In this document: positions 12,691 to 25,900 of the stretch, piece after piece
How positions within the stretch are numbered: position 1 is the first letter of the stretch
Layout of the letters: every line of letters begins with the position of its first letter
NCBI GenBank assembly: GCA_951406725.2
Contig: OX597822.1
Coordinates: 4,526,001 to 4,590,000 of the forward strand
Length of the DNA stretch: 64,000 bases
Direction of reading: 5' to 3'
DNA from: Octopus vulgaris
Lineage: Eukaryota
The notes under the pieces: generated by a model
Seen by the model: only the letters and a program-made list of their open reading frames with translations
Databases searched by the model: none
Told to the model about the DNA's origin: nothing
Program-made: the position numbers and the translations under genes

Positions 12691-13414
12691 CACACATATA
12701 TATATATATATGTATGTATGTATGTATCAGCATGTCTGTGTTTATCCCCCCACCATCACTTGACAACCGATGCTGGCATGTTTACATCCCCATAACTTAG
12801 TGGTGCAGAAAAAGAGACCGATAACGTCAGTACTGGGCTTATACAGAATAAGTCTTGGGGTTGATTTGTTCGACTAATGGTGGTGCTCTAGCATGGCCAC
12901 AGTCAAATGACTGAAACAAGTAAAGGAATGGTATATGGAGGACTGAAAACCACCTGAATATTTGAAAAGAGTTATCTGTATCATAATGATAGACGTAGGG
13001 TATCAAAATGCTGACATCATGAGTAACTGCTCAGTGTCTGTAAAGGCTGAAAGATGTAACATGGACATCGTGAAAACCATGTTGAGTGTGTCTCCAGTGA
13101 AGGTGACGTCATGCTGCCCCAAATCTTTGAATAGGGCCTTAGGCTCAATTCAGATAATTGTGTGAAGCTGCTGGAGATTGTGGCTGGAGAGGGTTGCAGC
13201 TAGAAGGTCGTATGTGTGGCGGCAGGATCAGCTCCTTACCATAACTCTGAAAAATGTCAGAAGTAGTTATCATTTCTAAGACTTCACCAACCACTGTTTA
13301 CCAGCCTTCTGATTTTCCCATGGATTTCTAAACGTAGGGCATGGTTAAGAAAACAATAACTGCTCTGCCTGCAACATCAAGGCCAAGCTGGGGACTGAGA
13401 TCAAGAAAGTGTTT

Positions 13415-13639
13415 AGCATTTTAGCATTTAAACTAGCCATATCTTGCCAAAATATTCTCTCTGCTTTATGTTCAAACTGACCAGATTCAGCCTCTCACAC
13501 CTACCCTGCAATGTCATTCTAAAATATACAAACACATCATCATAATCTTGAAACTACAAGATAATGCAGAATTAATTCAAAACAATGCAAATAAATAAAC
13601 ATTTATTTTGACAGAATAATAAGAATGCTAAAGAGTTAA
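13415..13639. mobile_element. Second, uninterrupted copy of the piggyBac-type MITE (left end eroded)
   Basis: Collinear with 36543-36976 (tttagcatttaaactagccatatc...ctaccctgcaatgtcattctaaaa...aatgctaaagagttaa). Confidence 0.7.
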
Positions 13640-13864
13640 GGATCTTCCCAGGGGTACAGTGAGGAATGCATATGCCAGGTTCTGAGCTATCTTGAGGCCA
13701 CGGTGAAAGCTGAGGGTGGTTACTTTAAGTAAACTGTTATCTCCCAGCCATAATCTAGCGGATATCTTCTGGTTTCTTAAGATGCTTTTGTTCTTGGATG
13801 AGATATTGTGTTTTCATTTCCTTGTAGACAAAATGTCAAATTTAGCCCCAAACACCCTGTATCC

Positions 13865-14092
13865 TTTCTTTTACCTGTTTCAGTCATTGGACTGTGGCCA
13901 TGCTGGGGCACTGCCTTGAATTTTTAGTCAATTGAATCAACCTCAGTACCTATTTTTTTAAGCCTGGTACTTATTCTATCGGTCCCTTTTGCTAAACTGC
14001 TAAGTGACAGAGACACAAACACTCCATCACTGGTGGTCAAGTGGTGAAGAAGGGGACAAACACAGACATAAAAATACATACACACACACACG

Positions 14093-14148
<56 letters not shown>

Positions 14149-14190
14149 CATACATACATACATGCATACATACATACATACATACATACA

Positions 14191-14226
<36 letters not shown>

Positions 14227-14385
14227 CGATGAGCTTCTTTCAGTTTCCATCTACCAAATCCCCTCATAAGGCTTCAATCAACTTGAGGCTATAGTAGAAG
14301 GCATTTTCCCTGGGTGCCATGCAGTCAGACTGAACCCGGAACCATGTGGTTGGGAAGCAAGCTTCTTACCACCTAGCCACGCATA
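13865..14385 (-). mobile_element. SINE family A with expanded internal (CA)(TA)(TACA) tract
   Basis: Collinear with 6210-6607. Confidence 0.8.
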
Positions 14386-15398
14386 CATACCCTCCTAAAG
14401 CTCTGTTTGGCCTGGGGCAAAAAAAAAAGAGATGTGACCAAGCACGATGCAGTGGGGTTGCACCTAAGGCTGCGTAGTTGGGAAGTAGGCTTTCCAGACA
14501 TTTCTACATTACTGCATGTACTTTATATGCACTTTCTGACAAGTTGTGGTGCACCTGAGCACTGTATACAATAATTTCATTATATTATATATTATATTTT
14601 AAAGACACAGGTATGGCCGCACCTTAGATACACAAGTAAGTAAATAGACAAATGTATAGTCAGGTATTTATATACGTTCATGCATAGCGTAAATATGCGT
14701 AAATACATGCGCACAATGTGACAAACTCATACATGTATATGTGAGTATGAACATGTGTATGTTTATGTAGGTATATATGTATGCGTGTGTGTCTGTGTAT
14801 GTGTGTGTGTTTGTGCATGTGTGTGTGTGTGCTCATATACACTTGATTTGTTTGGAAAGTATATCTTCTAAAATTGCTGCTGCAATAACACTAACATATA
14901 ACAACAACAACAACAACAACAGCAATAACGGTTTTCAAATACAGAAGCAGAAAATAGAAACCATACAATTTAACTGCTATCTTAAGCAATAGATGCATCA
15001 ATGTTCCAGCTTCCGTGATTTACATGCAACATGAAGCACTGTTCATGTATAAGGAACAGGTTCCCTCCACCCCCAACAGCAACAACAACAACATTAAGGA
15101 CAAAAGCACAAAGTAAAAGAAAAACAAAACAAAAAAAGAGTGTATAAATAACATAAGATTTTTCGATAGGAAAGCAAAGATAAATATATAAATAAACATA
15201 TCCTCGTTGGAATTAGAATCTAAAACATATTATACAAAACTCTGTCTCTCCACGGGAATTATGCTGCAGCTGGATTGGTGAAAAACATATCTGAGAGGCT
15301 GTTGTGATTTGATGAAGTGGCAAAAACAAAAGTGAAAATACACACATTCAGCATATTATTCTGGTTACTGTTTAAAGTGGTGTTGTAAAGTATTGGAG

Positions 15399-15787
15399 TG
15401 GAGGCGCAATAGCCCAGTGGTTAGGGCAGCGGACTCGCGGTCATAGGAACGCGGTTTCGATTCCCAGACTGGGCGTTGTGAGTTTTTATTGAGCGAAAAC
15501 ACCTAAAAGCTCCACAAGGCTCCGGCAGGGGATGGTGGTGATCCCTGCTGTACTCTTTCACCACAACTTTCTCTCACTCTTACTTCCTGTTTCTGTTGTA
15601 CCTGTATTTCAAAGGGCTGACCTTGTCACTCTCTGCGTCACGCTGAATATCCCCGAGAACTACGTTAAGGGTTCACGTGTCTGTGGAGTGCTCAGCCACT
15701 TACACGTTAATTTCACAAGCAGGGTGTTCCGTTGATTCAGATCAACCGGAACCCTCATCGTCGTAGCTGACGGAGTGCTTCCATCCA
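15399..15787 (+). mobile_element. Full-length tRNA-derived SINE, family C, with 12-bp TSD
   Basis: A box TAGCCCAGTGG, B box GTTTCGATTCC; AAAGTATTGGAG duplicated at about 15387 and 15788. Confidence 0.85.
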
Positions 15788-15927
15788 AAGTATTGGAGAT
15801 TATTAAAGTCTTCATAGTATTTAGTTAGTTACATAAGTTGGTATTTTGAGTTCAAATCCTGCTTAAGGACAGTTTCATATTTAATTTATTTTTGGAATTG
15901 CTAAAATAATATCACTTACAAAGAGCA

Positions 15928-16255
15928 AGGACTCCCTTCAGTCATGGATGACGATGGGATTGCACTGAGACAGTTCCCCTCTGAGGCACAAGTCCAGGCA
16001 AGGTTGTTTAATTGAAGACCCATGCATACCAGCCTAACCCTCTCCACGCCACCAGTGTTATCCAAGGGAAAGGCAAAGGTCAATACATCTCAGCATCAGT
16101 GATGTCGCAACTCATTTCTACAGCTGAGTGAACTGGAGCAACATGAAATAGAGTGTCTTGCTCAAGAACACAACACACAGCTTGGTCCAGGAATCGAACT
16201 CAGTACTTCATGATTGTGAGCCTGACATTCTAACCCTTGAGCTATTCGCCTTCAC
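15928..16255 (-). mobile_element. SINE family D
   Basis: Reverse complement of 38908-39250. Confidence 0.8.
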
Positions 16256-16327
16256 AATATCACTTGAATTAATTATTTACACCTCTGTTATAAATGGTGT
16301 ATCAATTATTATGTTTATTTAAATTAA

Positions 16328-16560
16328 AAAGCGGTGAGCTGGCAGAAACATTAGCATGCCGGGCGAAATGCGTAGCCGTATTTCGTCTGCTGTTACGTTC
16401 TGGGTTCAAATTCCGCTGAGGTCGACTTTGCCTTTCATCCTTTCGGGGTCAATAAATTAAGTACCAGTTACGCACTGGGATCGATGTAATCGACTTAATC
16501 CGTTTGTCTGTCCTTGTTTGTCCTCTCTGTGTTTAGCCCCTTGTGGGTAGTAAAGAAATA
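16328..16560 (+). mobile_element. SINE family E with 15-bp TSD
   Basis: GCGGTGAGCTGGCAGAA...GGGTTCAAATTCC B box; TATGTTTATTTAAAT at 16310 and 16561. Confidence 0.8.
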
Positions 16561-17309
16561 TATGTTTATTTAAATCAGTTTAAAACAGGGAGTTTGCATC
16601 ATAGAACCAGGGTTTCTGTCAGATGGGTTGATATCATTAAAGCATCAGAAAAAATACCCTGCAGTGCTTTTCTGGGTCTTTAAGTTCTGAATTTTTATCC
16701 TACTGAGACCAACTTTACCTTTCAAATATTAGTGTCAAATCAATTGCTTACACCTCTGTTATAAACGGTGTATCAATTACTATAGCGAACAACCTTGCTC
16801 AGACTTGTGCCTAGGAAGGTAACTTTCTAGGTGCGATTCCATAGTCATTCATGACCGAAAGGGGTCTTTTATCAATTATTATATTGATTAAGGTGGCAAG
16901 CTGGCAAATTCATTAGCATGAATGACAAAATGCTTATAATAATAATATTAATAATGAAATTATTGTACACAGTGCTCAGGTGTACCACAACTTGTCAAAA
17001 GTGCGTATAAAGCATATGCAGTAATATACAAATGTCTGGAAAGTAAACAGTGTATGAGTCAGATACATGCTTGCGTGTGTATGGAGGGGAGAAAGATCAG
17101 GTGTAGTGTTGGTGGGTCTCAGGAAGCATGGTAGTTTTGAAGGAAGAATTTCTTTCAGCTTTACATTCTGAGTTCAAATGTTGCTGAGATTGACTTTGCC
17201 TTTCACCCTTTCAAGGTCAATAAAATAGATACTGGGATTGGTTTAATCGACTTCTCTCACTTTCTCTTCGAAATTTCTGGCCTGGTGTTAAAACTAGAAA
17301 GAATTTTAA

Positions 17310-17957
17310 TCTTTTATCTTTTACTTGTTTCAGCTATTAGACTGCGACCAGGCTGGGGCAATGCCTTGAAGAATTTTTAGTCAAATGAATCGACCCCCCC
17401 AGGACTTTGCTTTTAAAACCTGATACTTATTCTATAGATCTCTTAGCTGAACTGCTAAGTTTCAGGGACACAGGGACATAAACGCACCAACACCAGTTGT
17501 CAAGAAGTGGTGGGGAACAAACACAGATACAAAGACACATGCACACACACACATATGTATATATATATACACAACTTCTTTCACGGGCTTCCTTCAGTTT
17601 CTGTCTGCCAAATCTACTCACAAGGCTTTGGTTGGCCTAAGGTTATAAAAGAAGACAATTGATGAAGGTGCCAGGATTGAACCTGGATTGATGTGGTTGA
17701 AAAGCAAGCTTCTTACCACACAGCCACGTCTGCACCTATTATTACTCTTTTTACTCTTTTACTTGTTTCAGTCATTTGACTGCGGCCATGCTGGAGCACC
17801 GCCTTTAGCCGAGCAAATCGACCCCGGGACTTATTATTCTTTGTAAGCCCAGTACTTATTCTATCGGTCTCTTTTGCCGAACCGCTAAGTTACGGGGACG
17901 TAAACACACCAGCATCGGTTGTCAAGCAATGCTAGGGGGACAAACACAGACACACAA

Positions 17958-17994
<37 letters not shown>

Positions 17995-18158
17995 CAACAG
18001 GCTTCTTTCAGTTTCCGTCTACCATATCCACTCACAAGGCATTGGTCGGCCCGGGGCTATAGCAGAAGACACTTGCCCAAGATGCCATGCAGTGGGACTG
18101 AACCCGGAACCATGTGGCTGGTTAGCAAGCTACTTACCACACAGCCACTCCTGCACCT
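17310..18158 (-). mobile_element. Two head-to-tail SINE family A copies (older 17310-17737, younger 17745-18158)
   Basis: Both are collinear with 6210-6607; the second is nearly identical to it. Confidence 0.85.
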
Positions 18159-19339
18159 ATATTGATTTGCAATCAATATAATAATTGTTTCCACCATAAC
18201 CACCAAGACTGAAATTTGGTGATAGGGATTAATTGATTTAAACTGACTCTACCGTTTGACTGGTTTATGTTTCATCAAACTTGGGAGGGTGAAAGAAGGC
18301 AAATATGACTTTGGTGCAATTTAATTGGCTGGAACAAATACTACAAAGCAGTTTTTCAGATACTTTAATGAAATCTACCTGCCAAGTAGTAGTAGTAGTA
18401 GTAGTAGTAATGTTTTCTTTATTGGTCACAAGGGCAATACACAAAACAAATAACAGCGCTGGATTAACCCATTAAGGAAAATAAGTAAGTGCTTAGGGCA
18501 TCAAGGGATTGGGACACCACAGAAATGAAAATGGTTTTGGCACCAAAAAAAAAATCAGTTTAAACTTGCTAAAATAATATTTGTAATGCCTTATCTCTAC
18601 TAAGCAGAAGTTTTACATAAAATTAATTTTAACAGTATCATTGAATACTTTGCAATTAAAACAAAAAAAAACCCCAGAGAAACCTTTTCAAATATAAATA
18701 AAGTGGAAGAATACAAAAATAGACATTATTTTCCATCTTACTGTGAATTTCATTTCATTTTGAAAAATAAAGATTTATTTTGTGGTTTGTTATCGTTTAC
18801 ATTTTGAAATATTTTTGTTTACATTTTTTCGCCAACAAACGACGTGTAGACATGAATGGAGGAGGGGGGGAGTTTGGGAGAAAAAATGAAAGGGACAGAA
18901 AAACCTGAAGAAAAAGAAAGGGAGAGAAAGAGAAAAGGGGAGGAGAAAGGGGGGGAAATCTAAATCACTGAATCCCACAGGGATCACAAAAGGTCCACAA
19001 CCAATTGTACAAACAATATTCACACAAATCTGTCGGTAGTGAAAAGAAATTACACCATTTCTCGTGAGAGTCACCATCCATAACGAACATCAATTACAAA
19101 AACACTAATGATCTACTCTTGTTTTTTTTTTTGTATTTCGGCACTTTTGGTCTTGAACTGAATTATTCAACCGTTTATCTTCTTTATCTTGTTTTGCTCC
19201 ATTCCCTCTGCCATTTTGGAGGATGTCGCATGAGTGTGCCTCTTTTAACTTTTCTGATAGCGCTCTGTAAAGTTTTGTCACCTTTCTTGTCTTTTTCTCT
19301 CTCTTTTTCTTCTTTCCCTGCCCCCCATTCTTGTATATT

Positions 19340-22275
19340 CGTTGTTCTTTATCTCCCAATCACTGACGACTGCCGATTGGTGGGGTTGCCACTACTCTAA
19401 CCTGTCCATTCTTGGTGATGGAGGCAAGCGTCGAACGACCAAGAGACCTGCCTGGTGGAGCTACTATGTGACAATAGCTCAACCTCTGACCTCTCGTTCT
19501 CCACCAACTTTGGTATGCTCAAGAGAGGCCAACCTCTCTCCACCACAGGTTCCAAACGGAATTAACCCTACTAACCCCACCACTCCTACAACTTTCAACA
19601 CCCCCTCCCCACCCAACCTTTGTTCCAGCACCACTGACGGAAACAGAATTAACCCTGCCAATCTCACCACTCATACAACTATTAACCCCCCCACACACCA
19701 CCCAACCTCTGTTCTAGTCCCACCTTCGGAACCAATGCTGCACTCCCTCAATTGAGCTCCAATGCTAGCCCTCTACTGTCGGTCGATGCTAGCTCACCAC
19801 CTGACTGTGCTCTCTGTGCTTGCACTAGCCATTACTTAAAGAGAATTAATTGTCACCTGTGCCACCAAAATTACCCACAGGAGTTGTGTCCACATCACCA
19901 AGGCTCAAGCCAAAAGTCTTCTACACTGGACCTGCAGTCTGTGCCACTTCAGCTCCAGTGCACTCTGTGGAGATGTGTCACACTCTGACAACCAGCTCTC
20001 TACTGAGGACTTTGCTGCAGCCCTCCAGGGTTTATCTAAATTGAAGCTTGTTAACCGGATCCCTAAGGAAGCTCGGAATAGCTTTGTTCAGATGCTCTCC
20101 AGCTTGTTGAAATATGTATGTTTATCTAACAATGCATCCAATTGGGAGAAACTGTTTCCCCTGCATCACTCTCCATGTGCATGATGTGAAATTGGGCTCT
20201 GTTACATCCTCGCTCAAGTGACAGTTCCAGCTATTTGAGTCCACCCCAACCGCTTCTCACCTCAATTTGACATTGAGCACAGTGCCTACCGACAGGCAAT
20301 CAATAAATTTTAAGCGCGCAGTCAATGCTAAATTCAGCAAATTCGACATGAAAGAGGCTGTCCGTCTCCTCTCTACCCTATTCTCCCTTGCTCCGTGTGA
20401 CTCTGAGTCTCTTATCTGAAAGAGAAGCACCCACTGATAATCAACTAAACTAGCCCGATCCCCCAGAATACTTGAGACCGGTTTTTGCCTCTGATAACAT
20501 CAGAAAGGCAATATCATCCTTCCCTGCTGGTTAAGGTGAGGGAATTGATGGCCTTCAACCTCAACATCTCAAAGAAGGCATCTTCTTATCATCCGGTAAT
20601 GCTGGACATTAGCTCTTGGAGAATTTGACTCAGTTCGTGAACCAGTTCTCTTCAGTGAATGTCCTCCCTTCTATCTACTCACACTATTGTTTGGTGCAAA
20701 ATTATTTGGGATCACCACAATTGCTAACATGATGCTTCGGGAGCTTGGTCGCTGGGGTTTCCAAGTAAACAACTCCAAATGTGCACTCTAGATCCTCAAC
20801 CACCCGGCTTCTCAACATCAACCAACTATCAACCTTTTTGCAGAGTCCTTCACTTCCATTGCAGTCCCTCCCCCATCGGCTTGGTGCTCTCTATGTGCCC
20901 CAATCACTGACCTTGCTTTTGAGTCCATCTTCCAGTCGATAGTGGCTGCCCTTGAGCAATTGCTGAAAAATATTGAAGCAATTGAACCCCATCAAGGTTA
21001 TTTCATACTTAGGAATTACCTCTTGATCCCTAATCTTCTATATTTGCTCAGAGTCAGCTCATCTTACCAATTCCCATCGTGCCTCCAATGCTTCAACAAC
21101 CTAATCTTTGAGAAACTCGAATACTTAGTCAATGTCCGACTCTCTCCAATGTCCTACGATCTGGCTGTATTGCCCAAGCGATTTGGAGGTCTTGGTCTTC
21201 GTAAGTGTTCATCCCTCTCTCTCCCCTGCTTCCTTTCCTCCACCCTGGTGAGCAACATCCTCTCCTCTCAAACATGGACCAGTTCTAACAGGGAGTTGGA
21301 TGAAGCTCTCCAGCACTGGAGGGAACTGAACTTGTCTGCTCCTGAGAAGGTGGGAGACTGTCGGAGTCAGAGAGCTTGAGACAACATAATTTCGAAGGCT
21401 ACCTTTGACTCCCTCTTCATCTAGCTGGACCAGTTTTCAAGGTGCCGCTTACTGTCTGCTGGCGTCAAATACTCAGGTGACTGGATTGACACCATCCCTG
21501 TGGTTAATGTTGGTGGCCTACTGAGCTTGGACGAACTTCATGTCTCCATTGCCCTCAGAGTGGGAGCTGACGTATGCACACATTTGATCTGTCATTGTGG
21601 AAGGCTCCTCAACTCCACAGGCCTCCATGTGAATGCTGGTCACTTTCCATGTCATACAGATTTGAACTTGATACTCAAGAGGAGCAAACATCCCCTCCAT
21701 CATGGAACCATCTGGATTGTCCAGATGTGATGGGAAGAGACCTGACAGCCTCACCCTGTGCCACTGGTCACTAGGCAGATGCCTTGTCTGGGATGTCACA
21801 GTTAGCGACTCCTTTGCTTCTTTTCACATCCTGGATGCTGCGGTCAGGGCGAGATCCACAGCTTCTGCGGCTGAGTGGAACAAAATCCTGAAATATCGTG
21901 ATCTGTTGGCCAACTGCATTTTCCATCCTGTGGCGTTTGAGACGTTTGGTGGGGTCGGACCACTTACTGCGAGATTACTGTCTTCACTGGCAACTTGCTT
22001 TGCAGAGGTAACTGGTGAGACTCATGAGGGCGCTTGGCTGTTCGAACACATCAGCCTTCCCATCACCCGCAGCAATGCTGCAAGCGTGCTGGCGTGTCTC
22101 AGAACGGTTTCCCAGCACCCCCAACTTTTCAACCCAAGGTGGTGAATTGTTTTTTTTTTTTTGTTTTTTTCCTTTTCCTCTTTCTTTTTAATCTTTTCAA
22201 CTGTCTTCTCTGTTTTGTCCAGTTTTCTAGTTTGATTTGGTAAAACGGTAAACACTATGAAGTCAATAAAAATTA
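19340..22275 (+). mobile_element. CRE-clade-like non-LTR retrotransposon (RT plus restriction-like endonuclease), decayed and internally deleted
   Basis: N-terminal CxxC pairs; LAVLPKRFGGLGLR; CHCG; EPSGLSRCDGKRPD...W..GRCLVWDVTVSD...AE..K..KY...FHPVAFETFG (PD-(D/E)xK RLE); AATAAA at about 22266. Many stops and frameshifts. Clade assigned from motif memory. Confidence 0.75.
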
Positions 22276-22284
22276 CTGACACTA

Positions 22285-22915
22285 TTTACGTATACAAGAG
22301 GGTACCAAAACCTTTTAAGTGCTTAAGACCTCTATGGGTCTTAATCCGACCCTGAGTGTTGAACAACTACGAGTATACATTGAATAACAATAACAATTAA
22401 CAAGAAAATTCTAACAACAAAAATCCCCAATGGGTGTGGGGAGTTCCACCCAGGGCCAAGAACACCTCAAGAAGGCACCCCTCTTCCCCTTAACCCGTCC
22501 GGCCTACAGACGAATGTTCAGAGTAGGCCTATTTCACACGGGCCATCTTCGCCACATTCACCCACCTTTGAACAAAAATACTTGGAGGAAGAACTTTCTT
22601 CCTTACCTTCACGTTGCTTTCAAGTGGAACTTGAAAAAATCGATGAGGGCTTGACTGAAGAGGAAAGTATCTGCCTTCAATCCTTTCGTTCTCATCCACC
22701 ACACTACTTCCTTTGCCATAGTCACCAGGCAGAAGAAAACTGTCTTTCCTTCTCGGCCAAAGGAAGACAGCGGGGCGATCTTCGCGATGGACTTGGCGGA
22801 TAACTGGATCCATCTTACACGCGAGACCAGCTGTTCGACAAAGCTCTACGAGTCAGTAATGCACGGACACTGGACGAGTGCACGCAGGACAGGTTCCACA
22901 CCATGTGCATACCTC
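22285..22915 (-). mobile_element. 3' end of an L1/Tx1-like LINE (ORF2 C-terminus and 3' UTR), 5'-truncated
   Basis: Minus strand reads ...VEPVLRALVQCP...FFCLVTMAKEVVWWMRTKGL...LIDFFKFHLK...FVQRWVNVAKM, the typical L1/Tx1 ORF2 tail (AK..IW..R ... F..RW). Confidence 0.65.
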
Positions 22916-22923
22916 ATAATAAT

Positions 22924-25900
22924 GATCGGGGACGTTTAATAGAGAACACCGGGGATGTTTAACATGTGAGAGCAAAATCTACCCCAAAACATCGGGAATA
23001 AAAACAAACAAATGGAACCTAAAATAATCGAAAAAGTGTTAGACTATACCCGGTTAAATCATACACAGATAAATTCAATAATATCCGTGTTATTCAATCC
23101 AAGGACAACAAACAGGAAGTGCGTACTTTGAACTTAACACAAAAAAGTACGAAAACTTAGACGTGCAAAACCATTTAACACCAGAAGTGAACGGACCGGT
23201 GCCCTACGAAAATAATGACCATCAAAATAAAGGGCCGGACGTTATTTCTCACGTCACGCAAATAAAATCAAAAAATCATGAATGGATGCGAGAGGAATAT
23301 ATTTCTATACTACACGCTTATTTCACAACAGTGCTCTACTCACAGAACGAAAACAACAGTATGTAGGTATAAAATCTGGAAGAAAAATAACCGAGATTTG
23401 GATGTATCGATAAAAAAAAGAAAATCAGAAATTGAAAAAGAACACTTAAAAGGAAAATATATCAGGAAAATGTGGATAGTGACCTCACAACAATGCCAAA
23501 TAATGTCATAAGTACTGGAACGGTAAAATACAAAGTAAGTAACAAAAGACAACAAACCCAGATTGTAGGAATGGATAATGATGAGCAAAAGGCACCAAAC
23601 CAGAATAGCAGAGGCAAAAATGTAAGGAATGTGGAAGAAATCTAAAAACTGGAAACAGTAAAGGTGGAATCCATGATTATGATACTCTAAAAATGAGTAT
23701 TATCAAGGAATTAAAAGCCACAGATCTCAATATGGACCGCTGATTGTACCTCCCCAAAATTAAAGTTGATAATAAGACAGCATCAGTGATAATTAACCTA
23801 AATCTGGCCTAAATCACAGAACTAATAGCAATGGAAACAAATGTCAATATGACCAGGTGAAATGATATTATATATACGCAGCAGCCTCTGTGGCTACAAA
23901 AAAAGCTGGATACTCTCTCAAACCCACCCATCTAGGAGTACCACAATCTAAGCAAAATCTGTGGAAAAATAATATCCAGAAAAGAATAGAAAATAAAAGA
24001 AAGGATCTGTCAATCCTTGATGAAATTAGTAGGCAAACAATGCTACTAAGCAACAAAAAGAAGAAAAATACTATGGAAATACAAAATTACAGAACAAGGT
24101 ATACCAGAGGTAAAAGAACAGCTGAAGCAAAATATCCTCACCAAAGCACAAAGAGTCTGTTGGTATGAGAAACGCTAACAATTCTTTGAACGAAACAAAC
24201 AGTTCAACTAGAATCCAAAAAGATTCTACCAAGAACTTGGCCAAAATAAAATAGAGATTAATGCAGTACCAACAGTAGGAGAAGTGGAAGAATTTTGGAA
24301 AGAAGTATGGTCGGCGAAGGAACAACCTCAGAAAAGATCTATCAAAATAACAAATACAGCATCTGAACAACTCTGGACTTCTATAACAACAGAAGAGGTC
24401 ACCCAGGCATTGCAAGAACTAAGCAACTGGGAGGCACCTGGGTATGATAAGATCCCCAATTTCTGGTTAAAATATCTAACAGGAGTACATAAGATGCTGG
24501 CCAAGAAATTCAATGAGATACTAGAAGAGCCAGAAACAATGCCTGAATGGCTCACAGAAGGGAAAACTATCCTTGTTCCCAAATCTACTGAAACGGAAAA
24601 CCCACAAAACTACACACCAATCACTTGTCTCTCTACAATTTATACAGCTTTAACTGCAATAATATCACAGAGCATGGGTAAACATCTGGAAGAAAACAAT
24701 GTGTTTTCAGAACAGCAAAAGCGATGCTGCAAAGATTCATATGGATGTAAAGATCAGTTATTGATCAAGCCATAGGCTTGAATCGATTATTGAAAGGCTT
24801 TTGACAGTATACCCCACACATGGATCCTGGAAACTCTAGCCATGAACAAGGTAGCACCAATAACCATAAAACATATAAAACATTCCATGAATAAATGGCA
24901 AAAAGTGCTGCAACTTCAGACAAAAGAGGGACTCATAAAAGCTAAAGCTATCCCCATTAGAAGAGGAATATTCCAGGGGAGATGTGCTCTCTCCACTTCT
25001 TTTCTGCATGGCACTGACACCTTTATCTGACATGCTAAATAGAACTGGATATGGATACAGCTGTTAATGGCAAAACAATCAACCGTCTCTTGTATACGGA
25101 TGATCTAAAACTGCATGCTGTAAATGACAAACAGCTGGAAACATTGGTACAGACAGTGTATGGATTTACCAAAGAAGTAAACATGAAATTCAGTGTAGAA
25201 AGTAACCTTGGAAAGAGGAAAACTAGTTAAGAGTAACAATATCACACTAGATAAAACAAATGAAGTAAGAGAATTAGACCAAAGCTAGACATACAAATAC
25301 TTAGGAATCAATGAACTAGATATGGTACAACACACACAAATGAAAGAGAAGATAAGAAAGGAATACTATAGATGTGTTAAATTAATACTTAAAACAGAGT
25401 TCAATGCGAAAAACAAGATAATAGGTATCAACACTCTAGCTGTTCCAGTTATAAGTCACAGCTACAATATTCTTAATTGGACTTTAAATGAAGTAACCAA
25501 ACTAGACAAGAAAGCAAGAAAAATAAAAACAGAATTTTGGATGCACAACCCAAAATCTGACGTAGAAAAGTTATTGAAGGTGGTAGAGGCCTTATGCTGC
25601 TAGAAAACTATTATAAAATAACCACCATAGGATTACAGAAATATCTAATTCAGAAGCAAGGAAAACTGGTACAAATAGTCAGAAAACATGAGCAAAACAA
25701 AGAACTGTTTTCTGTTTTTTAAGGAAGCTGAAAAATACAAGAAAGCAGTCATAATACCTGACAAATGTGAAGGAAAATAAGAAACAAAAAAGCTGTAAAA
25801 CAACCGAAATTCCAAGTAAAACTGGAACATCAGTATATCATGATAAATCGATGGCAAGAAAAGCCCTTACATTGCTAAACATTGGGATAAGCTAAACAGA

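Noticed and set aside
15399-15475. tRNA-like sequences (also 38908-38985)
   Set aside because: They have A/B boxes but continue into SINE bodies, in one case with a TSD, and lack a clean cloverleaf, so they are SINE heads rather than tRNA genes.
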